Sequence record: PP496436.1
DNA: 64,000 nucleotides
Direction: 5' to 3' (one strand)
How positions within the stretch are numbered: position 1 is the first letter of the stretch; each line of letters begins with the position of its first letter. This document shows positions 35,800 to 45,764 of this stretch, one piece after another. Position numbers and translations under genes: made by a program. The notes beneath the pieces are model-generated. The model worked only from the letters and a program-made list of their open reading frames with translations. It had not been told where the DNA came from and made no database searches.

Positions 35800-36381
35800 A
35801 TGAACAGAACAGTAGTCAAGCTCGGGATTCGGGCGCTCAAGCTGCGAGAGACGTATACGTCGAATGACTGGCACGTCTCGTTCGACTTGAAACTCGCTAA
35901 AGATTTCCTTGATAAGCAGGCTACGGAAACCTACATCAAGCTGGCGCAGTCCGTAGAAGGTTGCTACTTCCTCGACGTAGCGGAAGACGGGAACCCTATC
36001 AAGCAGGTTGATCCGGTGTACGTCGAGCTTAGTCTGGCGATTAAGTCTACAGCAATCATTCCGTTCGCCAAGGCACTGATGGCTACGGAAGGTAATCTGT
36101 TCAGTGGGATACTGGCCGAGCTTCAGAACATGGGGTTGATTGCGTTCGGGATGGTACAGATCCCTGATCCGCAGTTCCTCATCACCCGGCCCACTCTGGA
36201 TGAAGCTGACGTACCGGAAGGTAAGTTGTACTTGCTTCAAGGTCACGGAACTAAGCTGTACAAGAAGCTCAGTATCGCTACCACGATCCTTGTAGACGAA
36301 CAGGGGAATCCAATAGGCTTCGCGGAACCCGTTCATGTAAAATGGCCTGCTCAACTACTTGAGGTGCACTTCGATGACTGA
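35800..36381 (+). CDS. Hypothetical protein
   Basis: SD GAGGT. Confidence 0.6.
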   Translation: MNRTVVKLGIRALKLRETYTSNDWHVSFDLKLAKDFLDKQATETYIKLAQSVEGCYFLDVAEDGNPIKQVDPVYVELSLAIKSTAIIPFAKALMATEGNLFSGILAELQNMGLIAFGMVQIPDPQFLITRPTLDEADVPEGKLYLLQGHGTKLYKKLSIATTILVDEQGNPIGFAEPVHVKWPAQLLEVHFDD

Positions 36382-37354
36382 GACATGGGACCAACGCCGC
36401 CGACGAATCATGGCGGAGATCAATGCGGAAGAATCTGCCAAAGAGCAGGACCGCCAGAAGGTAACCGTCAAGCATACGAAGTGGTTACCGCCAGCAGGTA
36501 TGGTTCGGGGTAATCTGGCCAATCATACATTGGCGCCACAACCGTTCAACCCGCAGGCCAACGTGCACAAGCTGATCCATGTCTTGACCCATGCCAAGGA
36601 AGATATCAAGCGTTCGGATCGACTGGTCACTCTGTTCCTCCCCGGCGACAACAAGACCAGGATGCTGGATCGTGATGCAGCACTTAACTGCCTTCGTAGT
36701 AACGAAGAAGGTTTCCCTTTTGTGCGCGGGCTGGTAAGCAGTTCCCCCGAGTTCGAGATTGACTTCGCGGCCCTTCGCCTTGATGAGGCTAGTCATCAAG
36801 CTGCGTATGATAAAGGCGTGATCACTCCCGTGTACCATCTCAGCCTACGGGAAAAGGCTAGTGTGTCGGCATATTCTATCTACTCCGATGAGGATGTGAT
36901 CACACCGTCGGTCGAGATTATCTACTGCATGGCTCGCTGCGTGTCGGCGATGTTCCGCAAGATCGTGGAACCGATCCTGACCGTGGATATGAAAACCCTG
37001 ATGCTGGCTATCAATGCTTTCACGGATGAGTTCAACAGGCTGATAACCCATCGGTACATGCAAGGCTGGTCAGCACGCTATGAACTAAGAGGGTATGAGA
37101 TTGTCATTCGACTAGTGCACGAAAAGGCATTCAAGTCGTACACGCTTAATCTGGCATTCGAACGGTCCGGTGTGCTGCTCCATCTGGTCACGCCCAACGA
37201 TATCCTAACGGTCAACACCTACCGGCTGTTGCTGGCGCTGCTCTATCCAGAGGTAAAGATGCCAGCAATCCTGCGCCGAGATCAAACCACGGCGGGCGTC
37301 ATGCCCTACTACTTCAACATCTTGCCCAGCGCCGGTTTCGAGCTGGATCTGTAA
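36374..37354 (+). CDS. Hypothetical protein
   Basis: SD GAGGT; 326 aa. Confidence 0.6.
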   Translation: MTETWDQRRRRIMAEINAEESAKEQDRQKVTVKHTKWLPPAGMVRGNLANHTLAPQPFNPQANVHKLIHVLTHAKEDIKRSDRLVTLFLPGDNKTRMLDRDAALNCLRSNEEGFPFVRGLVSSSPEFEIDFAALRLDEASHQAAYDKGVITPVYHLSLREKASVSAYSIYSDEDVITPSVEIIYCMARCVSAMFRKIVEPILTVDMKTLMLAINAFTDEFNRLITHRYMQGWSARYELRGYEIVIRLVHEKAFKSYTLNLAFERSGVLLHLVTPNDILTVNTYRLLLALLYPEVKMPAILRRDQTTAGVMPYYFNILPSAGFELDL

Positions 37355-37400
37355 ATAACCAGCAGCAAGCTTACACACCTACCGAATAAGGATCAGACAG

Positions 37401-38603
37401 ATGGCTCGCAGTAGCGAAGTAACCGTACCCAAGAAAGCAACGATCAAGGAGCGCCAGCTCGATCTCAAGTACCGCCCGTGGCAGTGGTCTGACGTCGTTG
37501 GGCATGCACCCGTTCTCAACGAACTTAAGACCATCGTCAAGAATTCAGGCAAGCAGTTGCCAGCGGTACTGGGGTTCTTCGGCGAGTCCGGTCGCGGTAA
37601 GACCACACTGGCCCGCATGATGGCGACCTACCTGAACTGTGCGACAGATGACGCGTGTGGTGAGTGTGAGTCGTGCACCTTGATGATCGACAACCGGCAT
37701 CCTGACTACAAAGAAATAAACATGGCCGAGATCGGCACTGACGAAGTGGGCGCCATCGTCAACAATGCCAACTTCAAGCCTCGGTTCAAAACCCGCATCA
37801 TCTTCCTTGACGAAATCCACAAGATCAAGTCTCAGGCCGCGATGGATAAGCTTCTCAAGCCGATGGAAGAACCGCCGGTTGGCACCATGTGGATCATCGC
37901 GACCAACCTGCCGGAAAAGATCCCGAATAACAAAGCGGTGATCGGTCGTGCACTGTCCCTCTGGCTGAATGCCCCGACGCCGGAAGAAATCTCCAAGCGC
38001 TTGCTGGCGATTGCCAAGCTGGAGAAGGTGGAGTGGATCACCAGCGAGATGACCAACACGCTGGCGCAGAACTGCAACGCTCAGGTACGTAACTCGGTCA
38101 AGTCGCTGGAACGTCTGATCAACGCTGGTACGGAGTTCTTCTCCAATGACCGCAAAGCCAAGCGCACCGGGAAGATCGATAAGAAGTCGCTGGATGTCAT
38201 GCTCAGCAGCATCACGTCTGCGGGTATCGGTGAGGACGCCGAGGTCAACCAGCTGGCATCCGATCTGTTGCTGGCGTTGTACACCAGTGATCCGGGCAAG
38301 GCCATGGTCGCCATCATGTCCTGCAAGGATCAGGTAAAGCTGGTCAACTCCATGATGTACCTGAACCAGTACGTGATGGCCGTGCAGTTCACGCAGCGCT
38401 GCCCCGGCATCTGGCATTCGGACACCAACAAGGCGTTCGCGTCGCTGGTCAAGAAAGCCTGCAAGGGCAACATCCCGGCAAACGAGCTGGGCATGCTGCA
38501 TAAGGCAATCATCGATCTGCGTATGGCAGTGGTCAGCGGCAACGTAGACGCCACCCAGCACATGATCGCCGGTTGCATGAACCTTATGCTTCCACCGGAG
38601 TAA
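37401..38603 (+). CDS. dnaX: DNA polymerase III gamma/tau-like clamp loader subunit
   Basis: KYRP..W.DVVG, GESGRGKT, C....CG.C.SC Zn module, LDEIH and LLKPMEEPP. Confidence 0.88.
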   Translation: MARSSEVTVPKKATIKERQLDLKYRPWQWSDVVGHAPVLNELKTIVKNSGKQLPAVLGFFGESGRGKTTLARMMATYLNCATDDACGECESCTLMIDNRHPDYKEINMAEIGTDEVGAIVNNANFKPRFKTRIIFLDEIHKIKSQAAMDKLLKPMEEPPVGTMWIIATNLPEKIPNNKAVIGRALSLWLNAPTPEEISKRLLAIAKLEKVEWITSEMTNTLAQNCNAQVRNSVKSLERLINAGTEFFSNDRKAKRTGKIDKKSLDVMLSSITSAGIGEDAEVNQLASDLLLALYTSDPGKAMVAIMSCKDQVKLVNSMMYLNQYVMAVQFTQRCPGIWHSDTNKAFASLVKKACKGNIPANELGMLHKAIIDLRMAVVSGNVDATQHMIAGCMNLMLPPE

Positions 38604-38607
38604 GGCC

Positions 38608-39111
38608 ATGATCGCCGCGCTGCATGTAAGTAAAGACGGGACTACTGAGATCCCAAAGGATGACGATGACTTAGGTTTGCTAAATCTTCGGCATATTCAT
38701 CCGAAGAAAACAGGCCGAAGCGTTGCATTCAATATCTCACGGGCCGCGAATTATTTCTGGGTTAACCTCCTACCGGCAAGGCATAACGATCCGGGATTGA
38801 TCCCCCGGTTGACCGAATGCCTGCGTTGCCGCTTGCACGACATGCAGACGTACCGCTGGCTGTCGGGGTTCAAGGTTCACGTCTTCGATAGCTATCGCGT
38901 CAAGCGGCATGGACCTCTGCGTGCTGACATCGAGTTCACCTGTTCGACAACGGGGTTGACGGTCACTAAGTCTTTCTTCGCCAGCACCGGGCGGCTGTTG
39001 AACTCTGTGGCGGCTCACGCAATCGCCCGAGGCTACACCGTGATCGAATTCAGCCGGGACTACGAACTAGACCGGCATTACGTCCACCTCAACTTGATCG
39101 GGGAATTGTAA
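38608..39111 (+). CDS. Hypothetical protein
   Basis: 167 aa in a contiguous gene run. Confidence 0.55.
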   Translation: MIAALHVSKDGTTEIPKDDDDLGLLNLRHIHPKKTGRSVAFNISRAANYFWVNLLPARHNDPGLIPRLTECLRCRLHDMQTYRWLSGFKVHVFDSYRVKRHGPLRADIEFTCSTTGLTVTKSFFASTGRLLNSVAAHAIARGYTVIEFSRDYELDRHYVHLNLIGEL

Positions 39112-39563
39112 TGGCAGATGAATTGAAACGGGAGATGGTGCCAGCGTATAAGTTCGACACGCTGGTGGCTCACTCCCAAGCGCAGGAAGAGATGATCGCC
39201 AAGCTGACGGCGCGAAACAACCACCTGGAGCTGTACGCTCGTAACGACGTGTGGCACTGGCAGAAGGACGGTGGCAACTTCCTCGAAAGCTTGACGTGCC
39301 CCGTCGTGATCGACCCCGCTGACCTGCGGGCATTCCTGCTTGAGAACAATAACGCTGCCCGCTTGAAGAATGTCGCTGACCAGTTCGAAGCGTTTCTGGC
39401 AGATGAGAAGCTCAAAAAGGACGACCTTCAGGAACAGCTGACTCGTATGGCAACTCTGGCCAACACTTTGGTGGAGTCAGGTGCTGGATGCGACCACCCG
39501 CACTTCTTGGAGTTGATGGACGCCATCGAATTCACCCTCACTGGAAAGGTAACGCCAGTATGA
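39111..39563 (+). CDS. Hypothetical protein
   Basis: TAATG overlap; coiled segments. Confidence 0.6.
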   Translation: MADELKREMVPAYKFDTLVAHSQAQEEMIAKLTARNNHLELYARNDVWHWQKDGGNFLESLTCPVVIDPADLRAFLLENNNAARLKNVADQFEAFLADEKLKKDDLQEQLTRMATLANTLVESGAGCDHPHFLELMDAIEFTLTGKVTPV

Positions 39564-39763
39564 GCAACCAGACGATCTTTGAAGCTGCACAGAACTCAGC
39601 GGCCCAGCATCAACGTAACCGCCCGGCGCCAGACTCCAAGCTGGATCGTGTTCGGCAGGCTATGAGTTGGTGGAACGGTCAGACGCCGGATGTGCGTCAG
39701 GTTATGCGAGCGCACTCCAATCTTATCACATCTACCGATGTGACCAACTTCTACTGGGGCTAG
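39560..39763 (+). CDS. Hypothetical protein
   Basis: ATGA overlap; SD AAGG. Confidence 0.5.
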   Translation: MSNQTIFEAAQNSAAQHQRNRPAPDSKLDRVRQAMSWWNGQTPDVRQVMRAHSNLITSTDVTNFYWG

Positions 39764-39765
39764 CC

Positions 39766-40113
39766 ATGGACAGGTCAGCACGAGACGCGTACCTAACTTA
39801 CGCGGAGAAAGGGGAAACGCTTAAGGTTCACATTATCCACAAACCGATACCGGGTGAACCTGATTTCTACAAGCAGAGCCGTTCCATTGAGGCCTTCGCT
39901 TCACGTAACGGGCCGACGGATAAACGGTATGATACCTTCTGGTACTATCGGCAGTGGAAAGCAGACTTCGAAGGCGGTGAGAAGTTCAGAAGAGGTTGCT
40001 ACGAGATTGACCCCGGCCCCCTTCCCGAAGTGCATCATTCCTCCGTGTGGGAGTTCTACACTTCCATCGGCTGGGACCACAGGGCTAAGAAATTCGTTGA
40101 GGCCGCAGCATGA
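39766..40113 (+). CDS. Hypothetical protein, tandem paralogue of 40110..40502
   Basis: Shared VH...P..., ..RQ...DF and LP...H....EF...I.WD motifs. Confidence 0.6.
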   Translation: MDRSARDAYLTYAEKGETLKVHIIHKPIPGEPDFYKQSRSIEAFASRNGPTDKRYDTFWYYRQWKADFEGGEKFRRGCYEIDPGPLPEVHHSSVWEFYTSIGWDHRAKKFVEAAA

Positions 40114-40502
40114 ACCGGCCTTACTACGTAACCAAGTTCGAAGACGGGGAGCCCAAAGAGGTTCACGTGGTGCCCGTTCCGTTGGCTCCCGGCGACCTGG
40201 GATTCCGTAAGCAGATCCACTTCTTCGATGAGTTCAAGCTAGCCAATGCACCGGGGCGTCGTCCAGGTAGTACGCAATGGTGGCGTCGGCAGATGGAGGA
40301 TGACTTTCTCTCTTCGGACCGGGACCGTTGGCGTAGTCAGGAGATCTCCAAGCAGGAAGTTACTGACCTTCCCACGATCACCCACGCTGGTCTGTATGAG
40401 TTCTTCCTGCACATCCAGTGGGACTACGGCTCGCGAGAATTCAAAGGCGACCGACCTCAATCAACAGTGATCCTATCGGACTCTTGGGGTCGTAACTACT
40501 AA
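40110..40502 (+). CDS. Hypothetical protein, tandem paralogue of 39766..40113
   Basis: Same shared motifs; ATGA overlap. Confidence 0.6.
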   Translation: MNRPYYVTKFEDGEPKEVHVVPVPLAPGDLGFRKQIHFFDEFKLANAPGRRPGSTQWWRRQMEDDFLSSDRDRWRSQEISKQEVTDLPTITHAGLYEFFLHIQWDYGSREFKGDRPQSTVILSDSWGRNY

Positions 40503-40512
40503 AGGAAGATGT

Positions 40513-40974
40513 ATGACCATAAAGATTGGGGAATTCGAGATACGATCCAACCAATGGGTGTGCCATCCGGAGACGTGTAACCACGACAGCCACCCCGCCT
40601 ACATGATCACCTACCGAGGTAAGTCGTATCGAAACGCTGACTCGGAGGAAGAGGCTCGGAAGCTCATAGATTCCGACATCGCGAACGGGGCTGACAAGGT
40701 GTTGGACAGCCTATTCCATAAAGGTGAGTCTGTCTACCCGCAGGAGGACCTCAAAGGGTTCGTATGGGAGTCAGTAGCCCCACCGGATTCCACGCATCTG
40801 AAACCGACTCCACTATCCTTCTACGAGCAGGAGGTGGTTAGTCTGCTAGCTGACGCGTGGAACAAGTTCATCTTGCTCCCGGAGGAACACCCCAACGACC
40901 GGGAGACTTTCTGCAACCGGATTAATGAACTCCAGAACATGGTCATGTGCCGTCCTGTGCGGCGAACCAGATGA
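40513..40974 (+). CDS. Hypothetical protein
   Basis: SD AAGGA. Confidence 0.55.
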   Translation: MTIKIGEFEIRSNQWVCHPETCNHDSHPAYMITYRGKSYRNADSEEEARKLIDSDIANGADKVLDSLFHKGESVYPQEDLKGFVWESVAPPDSTHLKPTPLSFYEQEVVSLLADAWNKFILLPEEHPNDRETFCNRINELQNMVMCRPVRRTR

Positions 40975-40987
40975 GTAAGGAAGACGT

Positions 40988-41548
40988 ATGAAGATCAGCA
41001 TCATTGCAGCAATGGGTAAGAACCGCGTCATCGGCAAGGACAACACGCTACCGTGGCACGTACCCGCCGACCTGAAACGCTTCAAGGATCTGACCATGGG
41101 CAAGCCAGTGGTCATGGGGCGTAACACCTGGGATTCCCTGCCGGACAAGGTACGTCCACTTCCCGGCCGTCTCAACATCATCCTGTCCAACACCCTCCCG
41201 GCGGGCACAGACGTTCATGGCACGGTAGTGTGTCCCAACTTTTCAGGTGTACTTCGATACCTGCAGTTAATACAGGAAAAGTATCACTCAATGCAAGTTG
41301 ACCCTGAGATCCTATATGCGTGGAACCTGTCCGAAGTGTTCATCATCGGGGGTGCTCAGGTATACAGCCATCTACTGGAATACGATCTGGTGGACAAGAT
41401 GTACTTGACGTTCGTGGAACAGGACGTGCCTGACGGTGACGCTTTCTTCCCTGAGTTCAACCGGATGGACTGGTGCGTCACGGAGTCCGATGTGGACTAC
41501 TCTGACCGCACCCTGTTCAAGGTGTTCGAACGCCGGGGCGAGCGATGA
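40988..41548 (+). CDS. folA: Dihydrofolate reductase
   Basis: IIAAMG.NRVIG.DN.LPW..P.DL..FK..T, VMGR.TW.S, RPLPGR.NI, IIGG..VY and GDAFFP. Confidence 0.95.
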   Translation: MKISIIAAMGKNRVIGKDNTLPWHVPADLKRFKDLTMGKPVVMGRNTWDSLPDKVRPLPGRLNIILSNTLPAGTDVHGTVVCPNFSGVLRYLQLIQEKYHSMQVDPEILYAWNLSEVFIIGGAQVYSHLLEYDLVDKMYLTFVEQDVPDGDAFFPEFNRMDWCVTESDVDYSDRTLFKVFERRGER

Positions 41549-41859
41549 ACAAGGAGATCCTTGACCGTATTCTGGCACAGACTTCCATGTTCCAGCATTC
41601 CCAAGAGATGGATAGGTTGAACGCCACCATCGAGCACAACGATCTGAAGTTCCTGTTCAACTTCAAGACCAAGGAACTCAAGGTTGTCAACGAGGACGAA
41701 CTGGGCTACATCTTCGCCAGCCGTAAGCATTCATGGCTCGTCTTGCACAGTTTCCCAGAATACCTGAGGCTGCTACGGGACCACGGCAAGTTCGAAACCA
41801 TCTGGATGGTGATAAAGCCTATCCTTGACCGTTATCCACCACCGCCACCTAAGAGTTAA
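41545..41859 (+). CDS. Hypothetical protein
   Basis: ATGA overlap with folA. Confidence 0.55.
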   Translation: MNKEILDRILAQTSMFQHSQEMDRLNATIEHNDLKFLFNFKTKELKVVNEDELGYIFASRKHSWLVLHSFPEYLRLLRDHGKFETIWMVIKPILDRYPPPPPKS

Positions 41860-41863
41860 CCTC

Positions 41864-42427
41864 ATGATCAACGACTGGATCATCACCCACTCTGGCAAGC
41901 GCTTCGAACTGGCCGACCCCAAGCCGGAGATGGTGTGCATAGAAGACATTGCCATCGCGCTGTCCCGGCAGACGCGCTTCAACGGTCACTGCACTATGTT
42001 CTACTCCGTGGCCTATCATTCCTACCTGATTGCCAAGCAGTTGCCCGACCGTCTGAAGCTGGAAGGTTTGTTGCATGATGCGGCGGAAGCCTATATCGGC
42101 GATATCAGCAGTCCGCTCAAGAAGATCATCAAAGCGCACTGGCCGGGATTCAAGGCATTCGAAACCCGTATCGAGGAAGTTATCTTCGAAGCACTGGGCG
42201 TACAGTTGACCAACGATCCTCTCATCAAGGAAGCCGACCTTCGCATACTGGCGAACGAGCATGATCTCTTGATGCCGCAGACGGAACACGAATGGTCGAT
42301 GTTGAAGGGGGTCGTACCCTTCGAGGGGATCCACTTCGACGACCCGTGTGACACACCTGGTCATATGGAAGAGATGACCCGGAAGTTTATGAGCGCCTTT
42401 CACGTGTACAAAGGGAACCGGGGATAA
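41864..42427 (+). CDS. HD-domain phosphohydrolase (YfbR/YfdR-like deoxynucleotidase)
   Basis: IEDIA.ALS...RFNGH, YSVA.HS, LLHDAAEAY.GD..SPLK and KEAD. Confidence 0.85.
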   Translation: MINDWIITHSGKRFELADPKPEMVCIEDIAIALSRQTRFNGHCTMFYSVAYHSYLIAKQLPDRLKLEGLLHDAAEAYIGDISSPLKKIIKAHWPGFKAFETRIEEVIFEALGVQLTNDPLIKEADLRILANEHDLLMPQTEHEWSMLKGVVPFEGIHFDDPCDTPGHMEEMTRKFMSAFHVYKGNRG

Positions 42428-42636
42428 TGTGGCGCAAGATCCTAGTCGTGATAGGCCTGCTGCTGGTTATGAGCGGGCTTGTCTACGCCAACACCGTCTT
42501 CGGTGGAGCGTCCAGTATCAGAACCGTGATAGTCTCCCTACTGTTCACCCTCGGTGCAGTTCTCGCTATCCTTACCACGGAAAAGGTATGGATGGCCATT
42601 GACAAGAGTAAGGATACGCGTAATGGGAAAAGCTAA
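42427..42636 (+). CDS. Small two-TM membrane protein
   Basis: TAATG overlap; two hydrophobic segments. Confidence 0.6.
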   Translation: MWRKILVVIGLLLVMSGLVYANTVFGGASSIRTVIVSLLFTLGAVLAILTTEKVWMAIDKSKDTRNGKS

Positions 42637-42817
42637 GTGGGTTATCTGTTCGATTGGGGTTCTGGTAGTTTGTCTCATCCTGTACCTTGTTCACGTGAAG
42701 GTTGACCTTGACACGAATAGAGGTCAAGTGGCTAGCTTGTTCTTCCTGATAGCTATAGCCCTGACCCTTATCTCCACGTTGAAGGCACTGGAACTGGTTG
42801 ACGAAATGCGCCGGTAA
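42623..42817 (+). CDS. Small two-TM membrane protein
   Basis: SD AAGGA; MGKAKWVICS... Confidence 0.55.
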   Translation: MGKAKWVICSIGVLVVCLILYLVHVKVDLDTNRGQVASLFFLIAIALTLISTLKALELVDEMRR

Positions 42818-42851
42818 ATAAGCCGTATATGATTCATCTTAGGATAGTGCC

Positions 42852-45317
42852 GTGAACACTCTTCATTCGCTCGAACTCAACAACGTCATCTACATCGAGG
42901 AAGCCACGCTCGATCTGGATTACGAAGGCATCACTTGGATCACCGGTAAGAACCTGAACGCCAAGCTCAAAGGCCGGAACAACGGTGCGGGCAAATCTCT
43001 GCTCGTATCTCCACTGGCCCAGCTGATGGCTAACAGCCTGCCGACGCAGGAAAAGGGTCAGCGGTCTTCCAAGAACGCCTTCTACCAAAACGGCACTTCG
43101 ACCATCCTGACTCAGACCGTCAAAGGAATCACCTATCGTTCCACGAAGTCCATGGCCAAGAACAAGGTGTCGTGGACCGTGGCGCAGAAGAACGGTGCCG
43201 GTAAGTTCGTAGACATGGAATTCGCAACCCCAAGCAAGGCGGAAGCTTTCGCGTTGGGGCTTTGTGCGTTGTCCAATGAAGAAGTGTTCAGCACGGTATA
43301 CCTGGATAGTCGTAAGCCCTTCGTGATGGTCACCGGCACGCCGACCGAGCGCTTCAACTACATCTCCAACTTGTTCCGGTTGGAAGATTACGACCGCATT
43401 CGTCAGATGGCACTGGACGACTTGGCCGCAGTCAACAAGCAAGAGGTGGAACTGACCACCCTGCGTGAGACGTACGAAGGCACCGTCGTCAACCCTACTG
43501 ATCTGCGCAAGTGGAAGAAGCTGCATACCCGCAAGCTGGCGGAAGCAACGGCAGCACGTGCAGAAGCCGACGTCCTACGCTCCCACGTGGACGCTATTAA
43601 GGTGTACCTCAAGTACAAGGACGACATCGAACTGCTCGACGTTGACCTGAAAGCGTTGAAGCGCCAGTGGGCCAGTCACACGAAGCAGAAGCGTGCGTAC
43701 GAAGACTATCAGTCTATCATGGCTGAGGGCAAGACCGCCAAACGCTCGCTAGAAAAGCTGGAGCGCAAGGAAGGTGAGTTCCTCATTCGTCTGAAGGAAC
43801 TGTGCAACCGGGTGTCCGTTCCCTTCTCGTTGAAGGATGATCCGCAGGAGGTCATGAACGCACTGGTCAAGGTGTTGGACACTGCCCACAACCTGATGTG
43901 CGATCAGGAAGAACTGGTAGAGACGCTGGACACCGAGCGACTGACCCTTGAAGATGGATATATCAAAGTGCAGGACGCCGACAAGGCTCTGCGCATTGCC
44001 AAGCGCAAGCTGAAAGGTAAGCCTACGCAGAAAGAGGTGTATGGCGAGCAACGGGTGACAGAGCATCGTATCGTGGAGCTGCGCAAGCATCTCGATGCCC
44101 ACAACGATGGCAAGTGCACCACCTGCGGCCACTCGTACCCGGCCCGTAAAGCCAAGAAGGACCTGCGGGTGCTGGAGGATCGACTGGCCGAACTGGATCT
44201 GTTGGCACGTCAGCACGACAAGTACGAGAAGGCAAGTAAGGAACGCGACAAACTGTACGAAGGTACCGCCAAGAAGCTAGACTCTGAACTAGACAAGCTG
44301 GTTGAGAGTCTGGTAGTGGCTCAGAGTGTACTGAACAAGATGAAGGATGAGCTGGCCGCTTCCGGCTGGGAATCCTTTGCAGTCGCCGCAGATACAGTCA
44401 ACGCCGACTGGCAGGACGACTGGGAAGACATTGCCAAGGACAAGTCCGCACTGACCAAGCAGGCACGTGCTGCGCGTAAGGCGGTCAAGGTGGAGAAGCC
44501 TTCCACGGACCGCAAGCTGAAAGATACATTGATCCGTGCCGACAAGGTGCAGGACCACGCTGAACTCATTCGCTCCGGTGCGTCAATCGCCCAAGAGTAC
44601 GAGGTGTCCGGCAAACCAATCTCCAGTATCCTGCGTAGCCTTGAGCGCGGCGTCAAACTGGCTGAGAACAGAGTAGCCAGTGCCAGCGTCAACGCGGGTA
44701 AATACGAAACGAAAGTGATGGAAGGTCAGCGCACCATCCGTCAGCTCGCCAAGGTCAAGCACCGCATCCGTGAACTCCGTGAGAACGTAAAGTTCAAGCG
44801 CAGTTATGAAGCGGTGGCAGACGCCTATGGCAAGAACGGGGTGAAGATGTCCCACGTGGATATCCTCTGCCAACGTATCAGCTCCAACCTGAACAAGTAC
44901 TCCCATCTGTTGTTCCCGGAGAAATTCGAGTTCCAGATCGTGGTTGCCCCAAACACCTTCGACGTACTGGTCAAGCGCCCTACAGGTGAAGGACCAGCCA
45001 AGGTGTCGGACGCGTTGCACTTGTCCGGATCGGAAGGTCGTTCGTTCCAGCTGCTATGGCTGATCTCCGTGTTGCCGTTCCTGCCCGCCGAGCGTAGGTA
45101 CAACGTAGCCATCCTCGACGAGATGGAAGCGACCATGGATGAACCGAGCCGAGAGCTGATGATCCGTGACTTCCTGCCGGTGTTGAACAAGATAATTCCG
45201 CACATCGTCTTCATTAGCCCCAACTCTGACAACACACCGGGTCACAACTATCGTCATCTGGAAGTGGTCAAGAAGGGTAAAACTTCCACCGTACACCTTA
45301 TCAACGAGGTAGCCTAA
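42852..45317 (+). CDS. Rad50/SbcC (T4 gp46-like) SMC-family ATPase
   Basis: Walker A NGAGKS, long coiled coils, CTTC zinc hook, LSGSE signature and Walker B ILDEME. Confidence 0.92.
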   Translation: MNTLHSLELNNVIYIEEATLDLDYEGITWITGKNLNAKLKGRNNGAGKSLLVSPLAQLMANSLPTQEKGQRSSKNAFYQNGTSTILTQTVKGITYRSTKSMAKNKVSWTVAQKNGAGKFVDMEFATPSKAEAFALGLCALSNEEVFSTVYLDSRKPFVMVTGTPTERFNYISNLFRLEDYDRIRQMALDDLAAVNKQEVELTTLRETYEGTVVNPTDLRKWKKLHTRKLAEATAARAEADVLRSHVDAIKVYLKYKDDIELLDVDLKALKRQWASHTKQKRAYEDYQSIMAEGKTAKRSLEKLERKEGEFLIRLKELCNRVSVPFSLKDDPQEVMNALVKVLDTAHNLMCDQEELVETLDTERLTLEDGYIKVQDADKALRIAKRKLKGKPTQKEVYGEQRVTEHRIVELRKHLDAHNDGKCTTCGHSYPARKAKKDLRVLEDRLAELDLLARQHDKYEKASKERDKLYEGTAKKLDSELDKLVESLVVAQSVLNKMKDELAASGWESFAVAADTVNADWQDDWEDIAKDKSALTKQARAARKAVKVEKPSTDRKLKDTLIRADKVQDHAELIRSGASIAQEYEVSGKPISSILRSLERGVKLAENRVASASVNAGKYETKVMEGQRTIRQLAKVKHRIRELRENVKFKRSYEAVADAYGKNGVKMSHVDILCQRISSNLNKYSHLLFPEKFEFQIVVAPNTFDVLVKRPTGEGPAKVSDALHLSGSEGRSFQLLWLISVLPFLPAERRYNVAILDEMEATMDEPSRELMIRDFLPVLNKIIPHIVFISPNSDNTPGHNYRHLEVVKKGKTSTVHLINEVA

Positions 45318-45318
45318 T

Positions 45319-45615
45319 ATGGCCCACCCCAAAGCAACAAAACCTGATCCACGGTTAGTGGATGATCTGGCCCGTCACCTGATCGCATTTTCACGGGAAC
45401 ACAAGAACCCGGTGCGCTTGGTCGGCAACCTTCACGGACGTAACTTCGTGTGGACACCGGGTGGCACCCTGTTCTGGATACAGACCCCCGGAGCTACTAT
45501 GCCGCGAGGGGAGTCCAAGCTGATCGTGGACGGGGATACACTAGACGGCGGTATGCGTATGAAGGTCTGTAAGGACGGGCACGCCACCGTGAATCAGGAG
45601 CCTCCTCATGGCTAG
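45319..45615 (+). CDS. Hypothetical protein
   Basis: SD GAGGT. Confidence 0.55.
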   Translation: MAHPKATKPDPRLVDDLARHLIAFSREHKNPVRLVGNLHGRNFVWTPGGTLFWIQTPGATMPRGESKLIVDGDTLDGGMRMKVCKDGHATVNQEPPHG

Positions 45616-45764
45616 ACATCGCGGTCGTGCACAACCTGAACCCCGGCGTCCGGCGTCCCCCAAGATGAGTGAACTGCTCACCTTGAGCTATGCACGTCCG
45701 GGCAACATCACCCTCATCTGTCGCTTCCGTGAGATCTTCGGCATGAACTACAAGGAGGTCAAAG

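Noticed and set aside
35622-35867. 81-aa ORF between Mre11 and the 35800 gene
   Set aside because: Overlaps both neighbours substantially with a weak SD; a shorter version may be real but cannot be supported
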